From an uncultured Phycisphaerales bacterium (GTDB taxonomy: Bacteria; Planctomycetota; Phycisphaerae; Phycisphaerales; SM1A02), in NCBI GenBank assembly GCA_938084645.1, contig CALKEP010000026.1:1-32976 (forward strand): DNA of 32,976 nucleotides. The letters run 5' to 3'. Position numbers and translations under genes: made by a program. Of this stretch, positions 8,007-16,276 are shown piece after piece. The notes beneath the pieces are model-generated. The model was given only the letters and a program-made list of their open reading frames with translations. It searched no databases and was not told the origin of the DNA. Position 1 is the stretch's first letter, and every line of letters begins with the position of its first letter.

Positions 8007-9182
8007 TTGTCCGACATCGATCCCGTCTTCGACCCGGCCTCCCGTCTCAGCCGCCGCACGCTCGCGATGGACGCCTCCGGCATCCGTCGTGCGTTCGAGT
8101 TGGGGGCGACCCTCGAGAACCCGATCAATCTTTCGATCGGGCAACCGGACTTTCCGGTTCCGGACGCCATGAAGGCGGCGGCGACCGCGGCCATCCGCGA
8201 GGACCGCAACGGCTACACCCTGACGCAGGGGATTCCCGCGCTGCACGAGTCGATTCGACGTCATCTCGCCCACGACCTCGGGTGGCCCGAGGATGGGGAC
8301 GGGTATTCGACGATCGTCACGAGCGGCACCAGCGGCGGGCTGTGCCTCGCGAGCCTCGCCCTGCTCGACGAGGGTGACGAGGCGATCATCCCGGATCCAT
8401 GGTTCGTGCTGTATCCGCAGCTGGGGCATCTCACGGGGGCGAAGATGGTGCCGTGCGACACCTACCCGGATTTCCGGATGACCGCCGCCCGCGTCGAGCC
8501 GTTGATCTCGGCACGAACGAAGTTCGTCCTGGTCAACAGTCCCGGGAATCCGTCCGGCGTGGTGCTGGCGGACGACGAAATGCGGGAGCTCGCCGATCTC
8601 TGCCGGAACCGTGGAGTTCAACTGGTGACGGACGAGATCTACGACGAGTTCGTGTTCGCCGATTCGATGCGACCGGACGGGACGTGTCCGTCGCCGGCCC
8701 GGTTCGATCACCAGTCGCTGGTGATTCGAGGCTTCGGGAAGACCTACGGATGCACGGGGTGGCGACTCGGTTATGCCGCCGGGCCGACGTGGCTCGTCGA
8801 ACAGATGCGGAAGCTGCAGCAGTTCACCTACGTCTGCGCCCCCAGCCCGCTCCAGTGGGGCGTGGTCGAGGCGTTCGACATCGACAACTCCGCCCAGGTC
8901 GCCCGCTACGCGGAACGGTGCGACCTCGTGATGGATGCGCTGTCCCCGCATGCGGAGGTGGTTCGACCCGGTGGCGCGTTCTACGCGTTCTTCGAGGTTC
9001 CGCCGGCGCTGGGCATGACCGCCACGGAGTTCATGGAGCGTGCGGTCGAACGTCGGGTGCTGCTCGTTCCCGGCGGGGTCTTCTCGGGCCGTGACACCCA
9101 CGTGCGGCTGAGCTTCGCCGTGGACGACGAGGTGCTTCGAGAGGGGCTCGCGATTCTGGTCGACCTGCTCCGAGGCGGCTGA
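8007..9182 (+). CDS. PLP-dependent aminotransferase class I/II (aspartate aminotransferase-like)
   Basis: INLSIGQPDF, GYT..QGIPAL, NSPGNPSG, DEIY, GFGKTYGCTGWRLGY (PLP Lys), GAFY, VRLSFA. TTG 8007 is preceded by the SD GAAGGAG (7992-7998). Confidence 0.93.
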   Translation: MSDIDPVFDPASRLSRRTLAMDASGIRRAFELGATLENPINLSIGQPDFPVPDAMKAAATAAIREDRNGYTLTQGIPALHESIRRHLAHDLGWPEDGDGYSTIVTSGTSGGLCLASLALLDEGDEAIIPDPWFVLYPQLGHLTGAKMVPCDTYPDFRMTAARVEPLISARTKFVLVNSPGNPSGVVLADDEMRELADLCRNRGVQLVTDEIYDEFVFADSMRPDGTCPSPARFDHQSLVIRGFGKTYGCTGWRLGYAAGPTWLVEQMRKLQQFTYVCAPSPLQWGVVEAFDIDNSAQVARYAERCDLVMDALSPHAEVVRPGGAFYAFFEVPPALGMTATEFMERAVERRVLLVPGGVFSGRDTHVRLSFAVDDEVLREGLAILVDLLRGG

Positions 9183-9207
9183 GTCGCCAGGCGAATGAAG
9201 ACCTCGC

Positions 9208-9252
9208 AAAAGCGACACAGGCCGGAGGCGTGGCCTCCGACCTGCGTGCTTT
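9208..9252 (-). terminator. Intrinsic terminator hairpin between convergent genes, possibly bidirectional
   Basis: Minus strand reads acgcaggtcggaggc-cac-gcctccggcctgtgt-cgctttt. Lies between the aminotransferase (+) and the small lipoprotein (-). Confidence 0.65.
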
Positions 9253-9276
9253 GAACCGGGGGAAGCGATCAGGCGA

Positions 9277-9492
9277 TCACTTGCCGACTTCGTTGGCGGC
9301 TTCGCCGGACACGTTGGTCATGCCGCTCTCGCCGTCCTGACCGGGCATCGCGTCCGGGTCGATCTTGGGCTGGTTGGCGGGCGGCGTCCGGGGCGTGACT
9401 TCGACGATCTCGTCGCCGCCGTCGCAGCCGAGGAGGCCGACGGTGAAGGTGGAGGCGGCGAGCAGAAGGGTGCAGCGGAGCGTGGTGTTCAT
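9277..9492 (-). CDS. Small lipoprotein (71 aa)
   Basis: MNTTLRCTLLLAASTFTVGLLGC with lipobox LLGC, short Pro/acidic mature part, and SD-like GAGGGA upstream. Confidence 0.75.
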   Translation of the reverse strand: MNTTLRCTLLLAASTFTVGLLGCDGGDEIVEVTPRTPPANQPKIDPDAMPGQDGESGMTNVSGEAANEVGK

Positions 9493-9626
9493 GGGAGATC
9501 CCTCGTTGGATTGGAGGAGTCGGAGGCGACTCCGAATCGAATGGGTCGTGGAAGCATCGGATCGGACGCCCCGACCGACGCGCTTGCGCCGGCTCCCCGT
9601 ATTGGATCCGATTCACCCTACGGCGG

Positions 9627-11555
9627 TCAAGGCCGATCGGGTGCGGCCGTGGCCCCAAATTCGAGCATCCGGCCGCGGGGGGCGAGCCGACGCCACTGCG
9701 TGTGGTACGCCCGGTCATTGTCCGCCACTTCGACTTGAATGCCCTTCAGGGCGTCCGGGTGGACATCCGGGAGACGAACCCGGTATCGCCGCCGGGCCGG
9801 TTCAGGTCCGTTTCCGGCGGGATCATGGTGTTGGATCGCCTCGGTCCAGCGGTTCCTGATTTCTCCCTTCGGATCGAATTCGAGGAGGTGGACCGGGTCG
9901 GCCGGTTCGAAGAGAAAGGAACGAGGTCCTTCGTCGGTTCGAATCGTGACCACCACGAGATCGCCATGAGGATTGCGACGCTCGCGAACCGTCGCTTCCG
10001 GCGGGGCGTCGTCGTCGGCGAACCGATCGTCGACGATCTCCAGATCGATGATCACGTCCCCGGACTCGGATTCGGTCGACGTGGCGAGGAATCCGAGCGG
10101 TTCGGTGGTCTCGTAGACCGAGTGGGCCCAGCCCGCGACGGGCCAGCGAGGCTGCCCGTCGCCCGCGTCGGGATCTCGTCGGTCGATCGTGATGCGTCGC
10201 GGGAGTCGGAGCGGGACTCGACGTGCCTGGTCGTCGGTGAAGGTGGCCATCACCTCGATCTCGGGCGGGAGTGGTGGTGTGTCGACCCGGGGGGCGGTCA
10301 CCGGAACCCGGAACGCGCGGCGTTCGCCCGGCTCCAGGGTGACCGAGGCGGGAAGGTCGATGGTGAACGGCGTCGCGAGGTCGGTGAGCACCCGATTCTC
10401 GAAACGAACCGGCGTTCGGCTCAGAAACTCGTGGCCGTCGACCAGCCAGGGTTCGGCGGGGCTTGCGGGGGCGAACGAGAAAGTGACCGGTCGATCGATC
10501 GGATTTCGGATGCCGATCTGGATCTCGTCGTCGACGGGGCCACGCCACGGATCGGCGACGGACCCGTCGATGCTGACGACGTCCGACCGGCGTTTCAGGG
10601 CATACGACCGATCCTGGTCGGCCCGGAGCACGAAGTCGTCCGGAAGCACCACGCCGACGGGCAGATGCCGCAGGTGCACGTCGTCGCCCGGTCCCAGATC
10701 GAGCAGGGTCACGTGATCGAACTGACCGGTCAGCGGGTGCTGGTCGATTCCACCGCCGCAGACGCCGAGCAGGTGGTATTCGACGCCGTCCCGGTCGGCA
10801 TCTCGATGGAGGGCGTGGAAGTGACCGGCGATCACCGCGTCGACGCCATGCTCGACGAGGAGCGGATGCACCCGGTCGTTCCAGTTCACGCCGCGTTGTC
10901 GCCAGAGCGGGCGATGCATGAGAAGCACGATCGGTTCGTCGCGTTCGGCCCGGTCGAGCACGCCTGCGAGCCACTCGATCTGCGTGTCGGAGATGTCGAC
11001 GTTTCCGCCGTCGAGATTCTCGTCGCTGAAGAGGACCACGACCGTGCCGTGATCGAGTCGGACCGCGTAGTGCAGGGGGCCGAACCGGGCGCGGTAGCGA
11101 TCGGCGAATCGATCATCGGTCGAATCCCGATCTCCGGAGATCACGTCGTGGTTCCCCGCCGTCGGCCAGAAGTCCGCGTCGAGGGGATCGATGATCCGGA
11201 GGAAATCGTCGACTTCGCGGTCGTAGTCCGCGAGGTCGCGCTTGTAGCCCTGAACGAGGTCGCCGACGCAGAAGACCGCGTCGGGGCGGAGCAGGGCCAG
11301 GTCCTGCACCGCGCGCTCGAGCCGATCGAGTCCTCGATCGTCGCCGGTGGTGCGATCGGGGAGGATCGCGAGCAGCGTTCGATCTCGATCCGCCGAACCG
11401 TCGACGAGTTGCCCGTCGCGGGCGCGACCGGCCTCGTCGACTTCGAACCGCCCGGTGTCGAGTACTCGATTGCGGACGAGAGGCGGCTCTTCCGGAAGGT
11501 GCGGGGTCGAACCCAGGGCGATCGAGATGATCAATTGCAGCGGCATCGAGGTCAT
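9627..11555 (-). CDS. Secreted calcineurin-like metallophosphoesterase with C-terminal beta-sandwich domains
   Basis: Motifs PDRT, VGDLVQG, AGNHD, MHRP, AGHFH. Hydrophobic N-terminus and GGAG SD upstream. C-terminal Ig-like and CBM9/DOMON-like segments (inference). Confidence 0.85.
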   Translation of the reverse strand: MTSMPLQLIISIALGSTPHLPEEPPLVRNRVLDTGRFEVDEAGRARDGQLVDGSADRDRTLLAILPDRTTGDDRGLDRLERAVQDLALLRPDAVFCVGDLVQGYKRDLADYDREVDDFLRIIDPLDADFWPTAGNHDVISGDRDSTDDRFADRYRARFGPLHYAVRLDHGTVVVLFSDENLDGGNVDISDTQIEWLAGVLDRAERDEPIVLLMHRPLWRQRGVNWNDRVHPLLVEHGVDAVIAGHFHALHRDADRDGVEYHLLGVCGGGIDQHPLTGQFDHVTLLDLGPGDDVHLRHLPVGVVLPDDFVLRADQDRSYALKRRSDVVSIDGSVADPWRGPVDDEIQIGIRNPIDRPVTFSFAPASPAEPWLVDGHEFLSRTPVRFENRVLTDLATPFTIDLPASVTLEPGERRAFRVPVTAPRVDTPPLPPEIEVMATFTDDQARRVPLRLPRRITIDRRDPDAGDGQPRWPVAGWAHSVYETTEPLGFLATSTESESGDVIIDLEIVDDRFADDDAPPEATVRERRNPHGDLVVVTIRTDEGPRSFLFEPADPVHLLEFDPKGEIRNRWTEAIQHHDPAGNGPEPARRRYRVRLPDVHPDALKGIQVEVADNDRAYHTQWRRLAPRGRMLEFGATAAPDRP

Positions 11556-11680
11556 GGCGTCTCCGGCATGGCATTGTGCGGGAATCGGTTGCGGCGGGCG
11601 CCGGAAACGGTCCGTCTTCGACGGCGGCGCGAAGACGGCAGGCGTTCTTCGGGGAACGGATCGGGCGCGGGCTCACCGGC

Positions 11681-11726
11681 AAAAACGACGTCGCCCACTC
11701 GATCTCGAGAGATCAGGGGGCGACGT
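11681..11726 (-). terminator. Intrinsic terminator
   Basis: Minus strand acgtcgccc-cct-gatct-ctcg-agatc-gagt-gggcgacgt followed by cgttttt. Confidence 0.75.
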
Positions 11727-11782
11727 AGCGGAGGGGAGAAAGACAAGTGGAATTCGTCATAGCGACCGTTTGGTCGGTGACT
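11681..11782 (-). ncRNA. Candidate small regulatory RNA (about 100 nt), or 15-aa sORF transcript
   Basis: -10 box TACACT at 11789-11794 (minus), 5' hairpin gtca-c-cgacc-aaac-ggtcg-cta-tgac, unpaired pyrimidine tract containing CUCCCCUCC, and a terminator. Sits inside a 325-bp intergenic gap. Confidence 0.45.
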
Positions 11783-11880
11783 CGCTGAAGTGTACGAAAA
11801 CATCGGAGCGGTGGTTCGGAAATCCCCGTGATCACGACATTCAAGGCGTTGATTGGCGTTTTCGGGGGCCGGAAGCCGCC

Positions 11881-12951
11881 TCAGCCACCGTGCTCGATGG
11901 GGGTGGCGTCGCCGTGGACGATGGTCTCGAGGATCTTCGCCCACCGAGGCGCGACCCGGGACACGAGCGAATTGACCGCCGCCGCTTTCGAGGCATCGTC
12001 CATTCCGGCGTTTCTGGCCCGTTCGATGGCGCTCCGCCAGGCGGTCGGTTGCCGCGCCTCCGCGGACGAAAGCACCACGGCATCCGTCGAGGGACGGAGA
12101 TCGGTGCGATCGGGGTCCTCGACCGCCACGAGAACCGCGCCGCCGTACATCGCCTGCCGCTCGATGCTCCGGACCGGCTGCCCCGACTCGGGAAGCAGCA
12201 CGATGGCGGCATCGGCCAGCAGGGCCCGAAGCCGATCGGCGTCGTCGAAGGCGGTGACCCGGGAGAGCAGCTCGCGTTGTCGAAGGTGCGACCAGATCCG
12301 ACCGTCCGCGCGCTGGTCGCCCAGTTCGATCGCCACGTGCTCGAGTCCGCCGGGCAGTCGATCCCGGCCCGCGAGGCCGTCGATCATGGCGGTCCAGGCC
12401 GCGACGTTCGACACCGGTCCGAGGATGACCCCCAGGTTGCGGGGACCGTCGGGAAGTGAGCGCGTTCGAGGGACCGGCACCGGGAGATGGGTGCACCGGT
12501 CATCACCGAGTCGTCGGGCCGCGAGGGCGCGCAGGCCGTCCGTCGCCGCGATCACGGTGATGCCGGGATCCCGGGGGACCGCCCGCAGTTCCGCGCGATT
12601 CCGCACCTCGACGACGAGCGGTCGTTCCAGGCGGCGGGCGAGTCGACTGGCGAAGCCGATGCCTCCGGTGCCCGCGGCGATCACCACGTCGAGTTGGTCC
12701 ATCCCCGCTTCGGTGAACGCGTCGAGCGTCGCGTCGATCGCCCGCGTTCGCACCCAGGTGGGAAGTCGGGTGGGGACCGTGATGGTCGGGATCGGCGCAT
12801 CCCGGTCGTCGAGCGCGTGATGCGGATCGCCATCGAGGGCGAGCAGGGTGCGGATGCCTTCGGCCGCGAGCCCGACGGCGAGTCGGGCGAATGCGGCGTG
12901 CTCGTTGTGCACCCGGTGGGCGTCGAGGATGAAGGCGGCGCGGAGCGTCAT
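11881..12951 (-). CDS. GT-B fold glycosyltransferase family 4-like protein, divergent
   Basis: N-terminal RLAVGLAAEGIRT, ARRLERPLVV, and C-terminal LLADAAIVLLP...QAMYGGAVLVA resemble GT4 Rossmann domains. ATGA overlap with the thioesterase. Confidence 0.55.
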   Translation of the reverse strand: MTLRAAFILDAHRVHNEHAAFARLAVGLAAEGIRTLLALDGDPHHALDDRDAPIPTITVPTRLPTWVRTRAIDATLDAFTEAGMDQLDVVIAAGTGGIGFASRLARRLERPLVVEVRNRAELRAVPRDPGITVIAATDGLRALAARRLGDDRCTHLPVPVPRTRSLPDGPRNLGVILGPVSNVAAWTAMIDGLAGRDRLPGGLEHVAIELGDQRADGRIWSHLRQRELLSRVTAFDDADRLRALLADAAIVLLPESGQPVRSIERQAMYGGAVLVAVEDPDRTDLRPSTDAVVLSSAEARQPTAWRSAIERARNAGMDDASKAAAVNSLVSRVAPRWAKILETIVHGDATPIEHGG

Positions 12952-13442
12952 GCCGAGTCGACCTCGGCCGCGAATTCGAAGGCGTCCCGAATGGCCTGGG
13001 GGATGCGCACCGGCCTTCGGGTCTCCAGATTCACGAGGGCCCATCGCGTCGTGGCCTCGCAGATCACCTGCCCGTCGGCCGGTCGGACGACGAACGTGGC
13101 CCGTCGTACGGTGGTTCGCGTGCCATCGATGATCCACGTCGCCGCGAGGATCTCATCGCCGGCGAAGGCTTCGCCTCGGTAGTCGATCTCGTGTCGGGCC
13201 ACGAACCACATCGTGCCTTCGCGGAGATGTCGGGCCCGCGTGAATCCGGCCGCGTCGGTCGCCATCTCGGCGAGCCGGTCGATCCATCGAACGTACTCGA
13301 CGTTGTTGACGTGGGGAACGCCATCGCTGACCCCTTCGGCCGGAACCGTCATCCCGGCCCAGAACGCGATCCTTGCCGGAACGGGCAGATCGTCGGCCGG
13401 TCGCTCGGTGCACGGTCGGAATGGAACGATGGGAAGGCTCAT
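12948..13442 (-). CDS. Acyl-CoA thioesterase (hotdog fold, 4HBT family)
   Basis: HVNNVEYVRWI, WFVARHEIDYRGEAFAGD, TRWALVNLETRRPVRIP. Confidence 0.9.
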   Translation of the reverse strand: MSLPIVPFRPCTERPADDLPVPARIAFWAGMTVPAEGVSDGVPHVNNVEYVRWIDRLAEMATDAAGFTRARHLREGTMWFVARHEIDYRGEAFAGDEILAATWIIDGTRTTVRRATFVVRPADGQVICEATTRWALVNLETRRPVRIPQAIRDAFEFAAEVDSA

Positions 13443-13777
13443 GAAGGGGGCGACGCTTCGGTTTCAGGTTCGATCGTTCGGAGGTAGTTCCAGGAGTAGA
13501 TTCCCGATGCGTGGCCGTCGCTGAATCGGATCCTGATCGCGTAGTTGCCCACGGATTCGATCCCCTCGGCCCGGAGCGGTCCGGCGTCGCCGCCCGAGGG
13601 AAGCACGGTCAGGGGATTCCGATCGAGTTCCTTCCGCAGTTCCCGGGCGTCCGCGGAGGGGCTCATCCGGCGGAGCCAACCGACCGGATAGAAGACGGTC
13701 CGTCCGTCGGGCCACTCGATGGTGAGGCCTCGTGCTCGGTCCAGATGAAGGTGTCGGGGGGGCGGATCCACGGCCAT
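13439..13777 (-). CDS. DUF971 / GBBH-like N-terminal domain protein
   Basis: LTIEWPDG, LRRMSPSA, VGNYAIRIRFSDGHASGIYSWNYL. TACCAT lies 6 nt upstream of ATG 13777. Confidence 0.9.
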   Translation of the reverse strand: MAVDPPPRHLHLDRARGLTIEWPDGRTVFYPVGWLRRMSPSADARELRKELDRNPLTVLPSGGDAGPLRAEGIESVGNYAIRIRFSDGHASGIYSWNYLRTIEPETEASPPS

Positions 13778-13838
13778 GCGGTGATGGTACGCGGAGACGT
13801 CCGCGGTGGCGGATCCGCGTCGGCCGTAGAATCCCGGT
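13778..13838. promoter_or_regulatory. Divergent -10 elements (DUF971 / pyrF)
   Basis: TACCAT (minus, 13784-13789) and TAGAAT (plus, 13827-13832), each 6 nt from its ATG. Confidence 0.62.
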
Positions 13839-14711
13839 ATGCACACGACCACTCCGAAGACGACCGCCGGCGAACGGCTCGCGGCAGGACTCGAAGACGC
13901 CTCGCCGGTCTGCGTCGGGCTCGACCCCGTGGCCACCCGGCTGCCTGCCGCGATCGATGGATCCGATCCCGTGGAGGCGATCGAACGCTTCTCGAACGGG
14001 GTGCTCGACGCGGTGGCCGGGGTCGTGCCGTGCGTCAAGATCCAGGCGGCGTGCTTCGAGCGTTACGGCCACCTCGGCGTCGCGGCGATGGAACGGGTGA
14101 TCACCCGGGCCACGGACACTGGATTCGTGGTGATCCTCGATGCGAAGCGCGGCGACATCGGAATCTCGGCGACGCATTACGCGGCGGGGGCCGCGGCGAC
14201 CGGCGCCGACTGGATCACGTTGAACGGCTATCTCGGGGAGGACGGCGTCACCCCGTTCCTTGATGCAGGACTCGGCGTGTTCGTGCTGGTGCGGACCTCG
14301 AATCCCTCGGGGGACGAGATCCAGGCACCCGCCTGCGGTGATGGCACGGTCGCGGGACTCGTCGCGTCCATGGTGGATCGACTCGGCAGGGCGGGTGGAC
14401 GAACCGGCCCGGTCTCGGTGGGCGCCGTGGTGGGCGCGACGAAGCCGGAGGCCGCCGCCGCACTTCGAGCGACCATGCCGGAAGCGCCCTTTCTGCTCCC
14501 CGGCTACGGCGCGCAGGGCGGTGGCGCGGATGGCGTCCGTGCCGCGCTCGACGGTCGCGGAGGAGGCGTGCTGGTCACGGCGAGTCGTTCGATCATCCAT
14601 GCCTTCGTGGACCGGCCGGGTGACTGGCAGGCCGCCGTGAACACGGCCGCGGTCGACTTCGCCGGTGAGATCCGTGGAATCGTCGACGACGCCGGGGAGG
14701 TCGCGGGCTGA
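13839..14711 (+). CDS. pyrF: Orotidine-5'-phosphate decarboxylase
   Basis: VCVGLDP, CVKIQAACFERYG, ILDAKRGDIG, LVRTSNP, GAVVGAT, LLPGYGAQGG, SRSII. Confidence 0.96.
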   Translation: MHTTTPKTTAGERLAAGLEDASPVCVGLDPVATRLPAAIDGSDPVEAIERFSNGVLDAVAGVVPCVKIQAACFERYGHLGVAAMERVITRATDTGFVVILDAKRGDIGISATHYAAGAAATGADWITLNGYLGEDGVTPFLDAGLGVFVLVRTSNPSGDEIQAPACGDGTVAGLVASMVDRLGRAGGRTGPVSVGAVVGATKPEAAAALRATMPEAPFLLPGYGAQGGGADGVRAALDGRGGGVLVTASRSIIHAFVDRPGDWQAAVNTAAVDFAGEIRGIVDDAGEVAG

Positions 14712-16276
14712 TGCTTCGATACCTTCCCATCCTGTTCCTCGTCATCCTGCTGGCCGGCCCCTTCCTCCTTGAACCGAAGGGGGAGGCGGTCGATCCCGAC
14801 GCGGTGCGACTGGTCATCGTCACCCCGCACAACGAACAGATTCGCTGGGAGTTCAAGCACGCCTTCGAGAAATGGCACGAGGCGAATTTCGATTCGCCGG
14901 TGCAGGTCGTCTGGAGCACGCCGGGCGGGACCAGTGAGATTCGAAAGCTCCTGATCTCGGAATATTCGGCGGCGCTCGACGGCGGGCTCGAACCGGGTGG
15001 CAACGCCGACCTGCTCTGGGGTGGTGGCAGTTACGAGTTCACGCAGCTCTCGAAGCCGCTCCGGGTCGAGGTCGACGGCGAGGAACGCGAGACCACGGTC
15101 CTTTCGGAGATCGAGGTCACCGACGCCTGGCTCACGTCGATCTACGGGGACGGTCGGATCGCCGATCAGCCCCTCTTCGACCCCGGGCATCGCTGGTTCG
15201 GAACCGCCGTCTCGAGCTTCGGAATCGTCTTCAATCGACACGTGCTCGAACAACTCGGCGTGAAGACGCCGGGAACCTGGCAGGATCTGGCCGTTCCGGA
15301 GTACGAAGGCTGGATCACGATGGTCGATCCGGGGATGAGCGGGTCGGTGACCACCGCCTTCGAGGCGATTCTTCAGCGACGTGGGTGGGGCGATGGTTGG
15401 CGCATCCTGCGGCGGCTCGCCGCGAACGCCCGCTCCTTCGCGGGAAGCAGCACCAAGGGACCGATCGAGGTCGCCGCGGGCGAGACCGCGGCGGCGGTCT
15501 GCATCGACTTCTACGGACGGTACGAGGCGCAGCGGACCCGGGATGCGGCGGTCCGGGCCGGACTCGCCGGCGTCGACGCGGTCGGACGGGTCGGGTACGT
15601 CGATCCTCCGGGTGAGACGGTCATCGATCCGGATCCCATCGCCGTGCTCACCGGAGCGCCGAATCGGGAACTCGCCCGACGATTCATCGACTTCGTGCTC
15701 AGCGAGGATGGCCAGGCGCTCTGGCAGTTCCCGGTCACGGAGACGGGTCGGGGGCCCCGGCAGTTCGAGCTTCGACGACTTCCGATCCGCCGGTCGATGT
15801 ACGACGCGGACTTCGTGCGATTCGTCGACCAGGTCGATCCGTGGTCGATCGCGACCGCGGTCGAGAAGCCCAACCGCGCGATGCGGGCGTTCATCGCGCC
15901 GCTGTTCCGCGCGATGGCGCTCGACCAGGCCGAACTTCTCGAGACGGCGTGGCGCACCATCACCAGCCATCCCGCCTACCCGACCGATCCGGATGGACTC
16001 GTCACCGCCGCGGATGTCGACGATCCGGAACTTCGGCGGATGCTCCTCGAGTTCGACTCGTTCCCCGTGATCCCGGGGCCGGACGACACGTCCTACGACC
16101 TCGACGATCTCGCGACCCTCGAGGTCGTGAAGCAGGGCTGGCTTCGTCGGGGCTGGGCCGACGAAGGGCTCTGGCCGTCGGAAGGCGATCCCACGGAGAT
16201 CCTTCGCCGCATCGCCCGGGCCCACTTCCGGGCCGCGTATCAGTCGATCGTCGACTCGAAGGGAAGCGCCGGATGA
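14711..16276 (+). CDS. Extracellular solute-binding protein (Fe3+/phosphoglycerate PgtC-like family)
   Basis: LVIVTPH, DLLWGGG, FGIVFN, P.TWQDLA.P, DPGMSGS, GW..GW, CIDFYG, PDPIAVL.GAPN...A.RFIDFVLS.DGQ. N-terminal hydrophobic anchor. TGATG overlap with pyrF. Confidence 0.85.
   Translation: MLRYLPILFLVILLAGPFLLEPKGEAVDPDAVRLVIVTPHNEQIRWEFKHAFEKWHEANFDSPVQVVWSTPGGTSEIRKLLISEYSAALDGGLEPGGNADLLWGGGSYEFTQLSKPLRVEVDGEERETTVLSEIEVTDAWLTSIYGDGRIADQPLFDPGHRWFGTAVSSFGIVFNRHVLEQLGVKTPGTWQDLAVPEYEGWITMVDPGMSGSVTTAFEAILQRRGWGDGWRILRRLAANARSFAGSSTKGPIEVAAGETAAAVCIDFYGRYEAQRTRDAAVRAGLAGVDAVGRVGYVDPPGETVIDPDPIAVLTGAPNRELARRFIDFVLSEDGQALWQFPVTETGRGPRQFELRRLPIRRSMYDADFVRFVDQVDPWSIATAVEKPNRAMRAFIAPLFRAMALDQAELLETAWRTITSHPAYPTDPDGLVTAADVDDPELRRMLLEFDSFPVIPGPDDTSYDLDDLATLEVVKQGWLRRGWADEGLWPSEGDPTEILRRIARAHFRAAYQSIVDSKGSAG

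Noticed and set aside
9540..9626. GGGTGAATC and GGGTCGTG words reminiscent of c-di-AMP or ZTP riboswitches
   Set aside because: The remaining consensus elements and their order are missing, so I cannot support a known riboswitch family.
11612..11657. Two small hairpins (ccgtcttcg/cgaagacgg and cgttc/gaacg) as possible REP elements
   Set aside because: I found no second copy in the window, and short GC-rich stems arise easily by chance.
9702..11762. 686-aa plus-strand ORF, and similar long antisense ORFs (e.g. 14504-16336, 17843-19417, 19669-21036, 26539-27750, 28260-29582)
   Set aside because: Each lies opposite a motif-supported gene and has Arg/Gly/Val-rich shadow composition with no family motifs. 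Such ORFs are expected in high-GC DNA, where stop codons are scarce.
13439..13777. DUF971 protein has SPSA instead of the CPCA.C zinc motif
   Set aside because: The SPSA form is a common known variant of this family.
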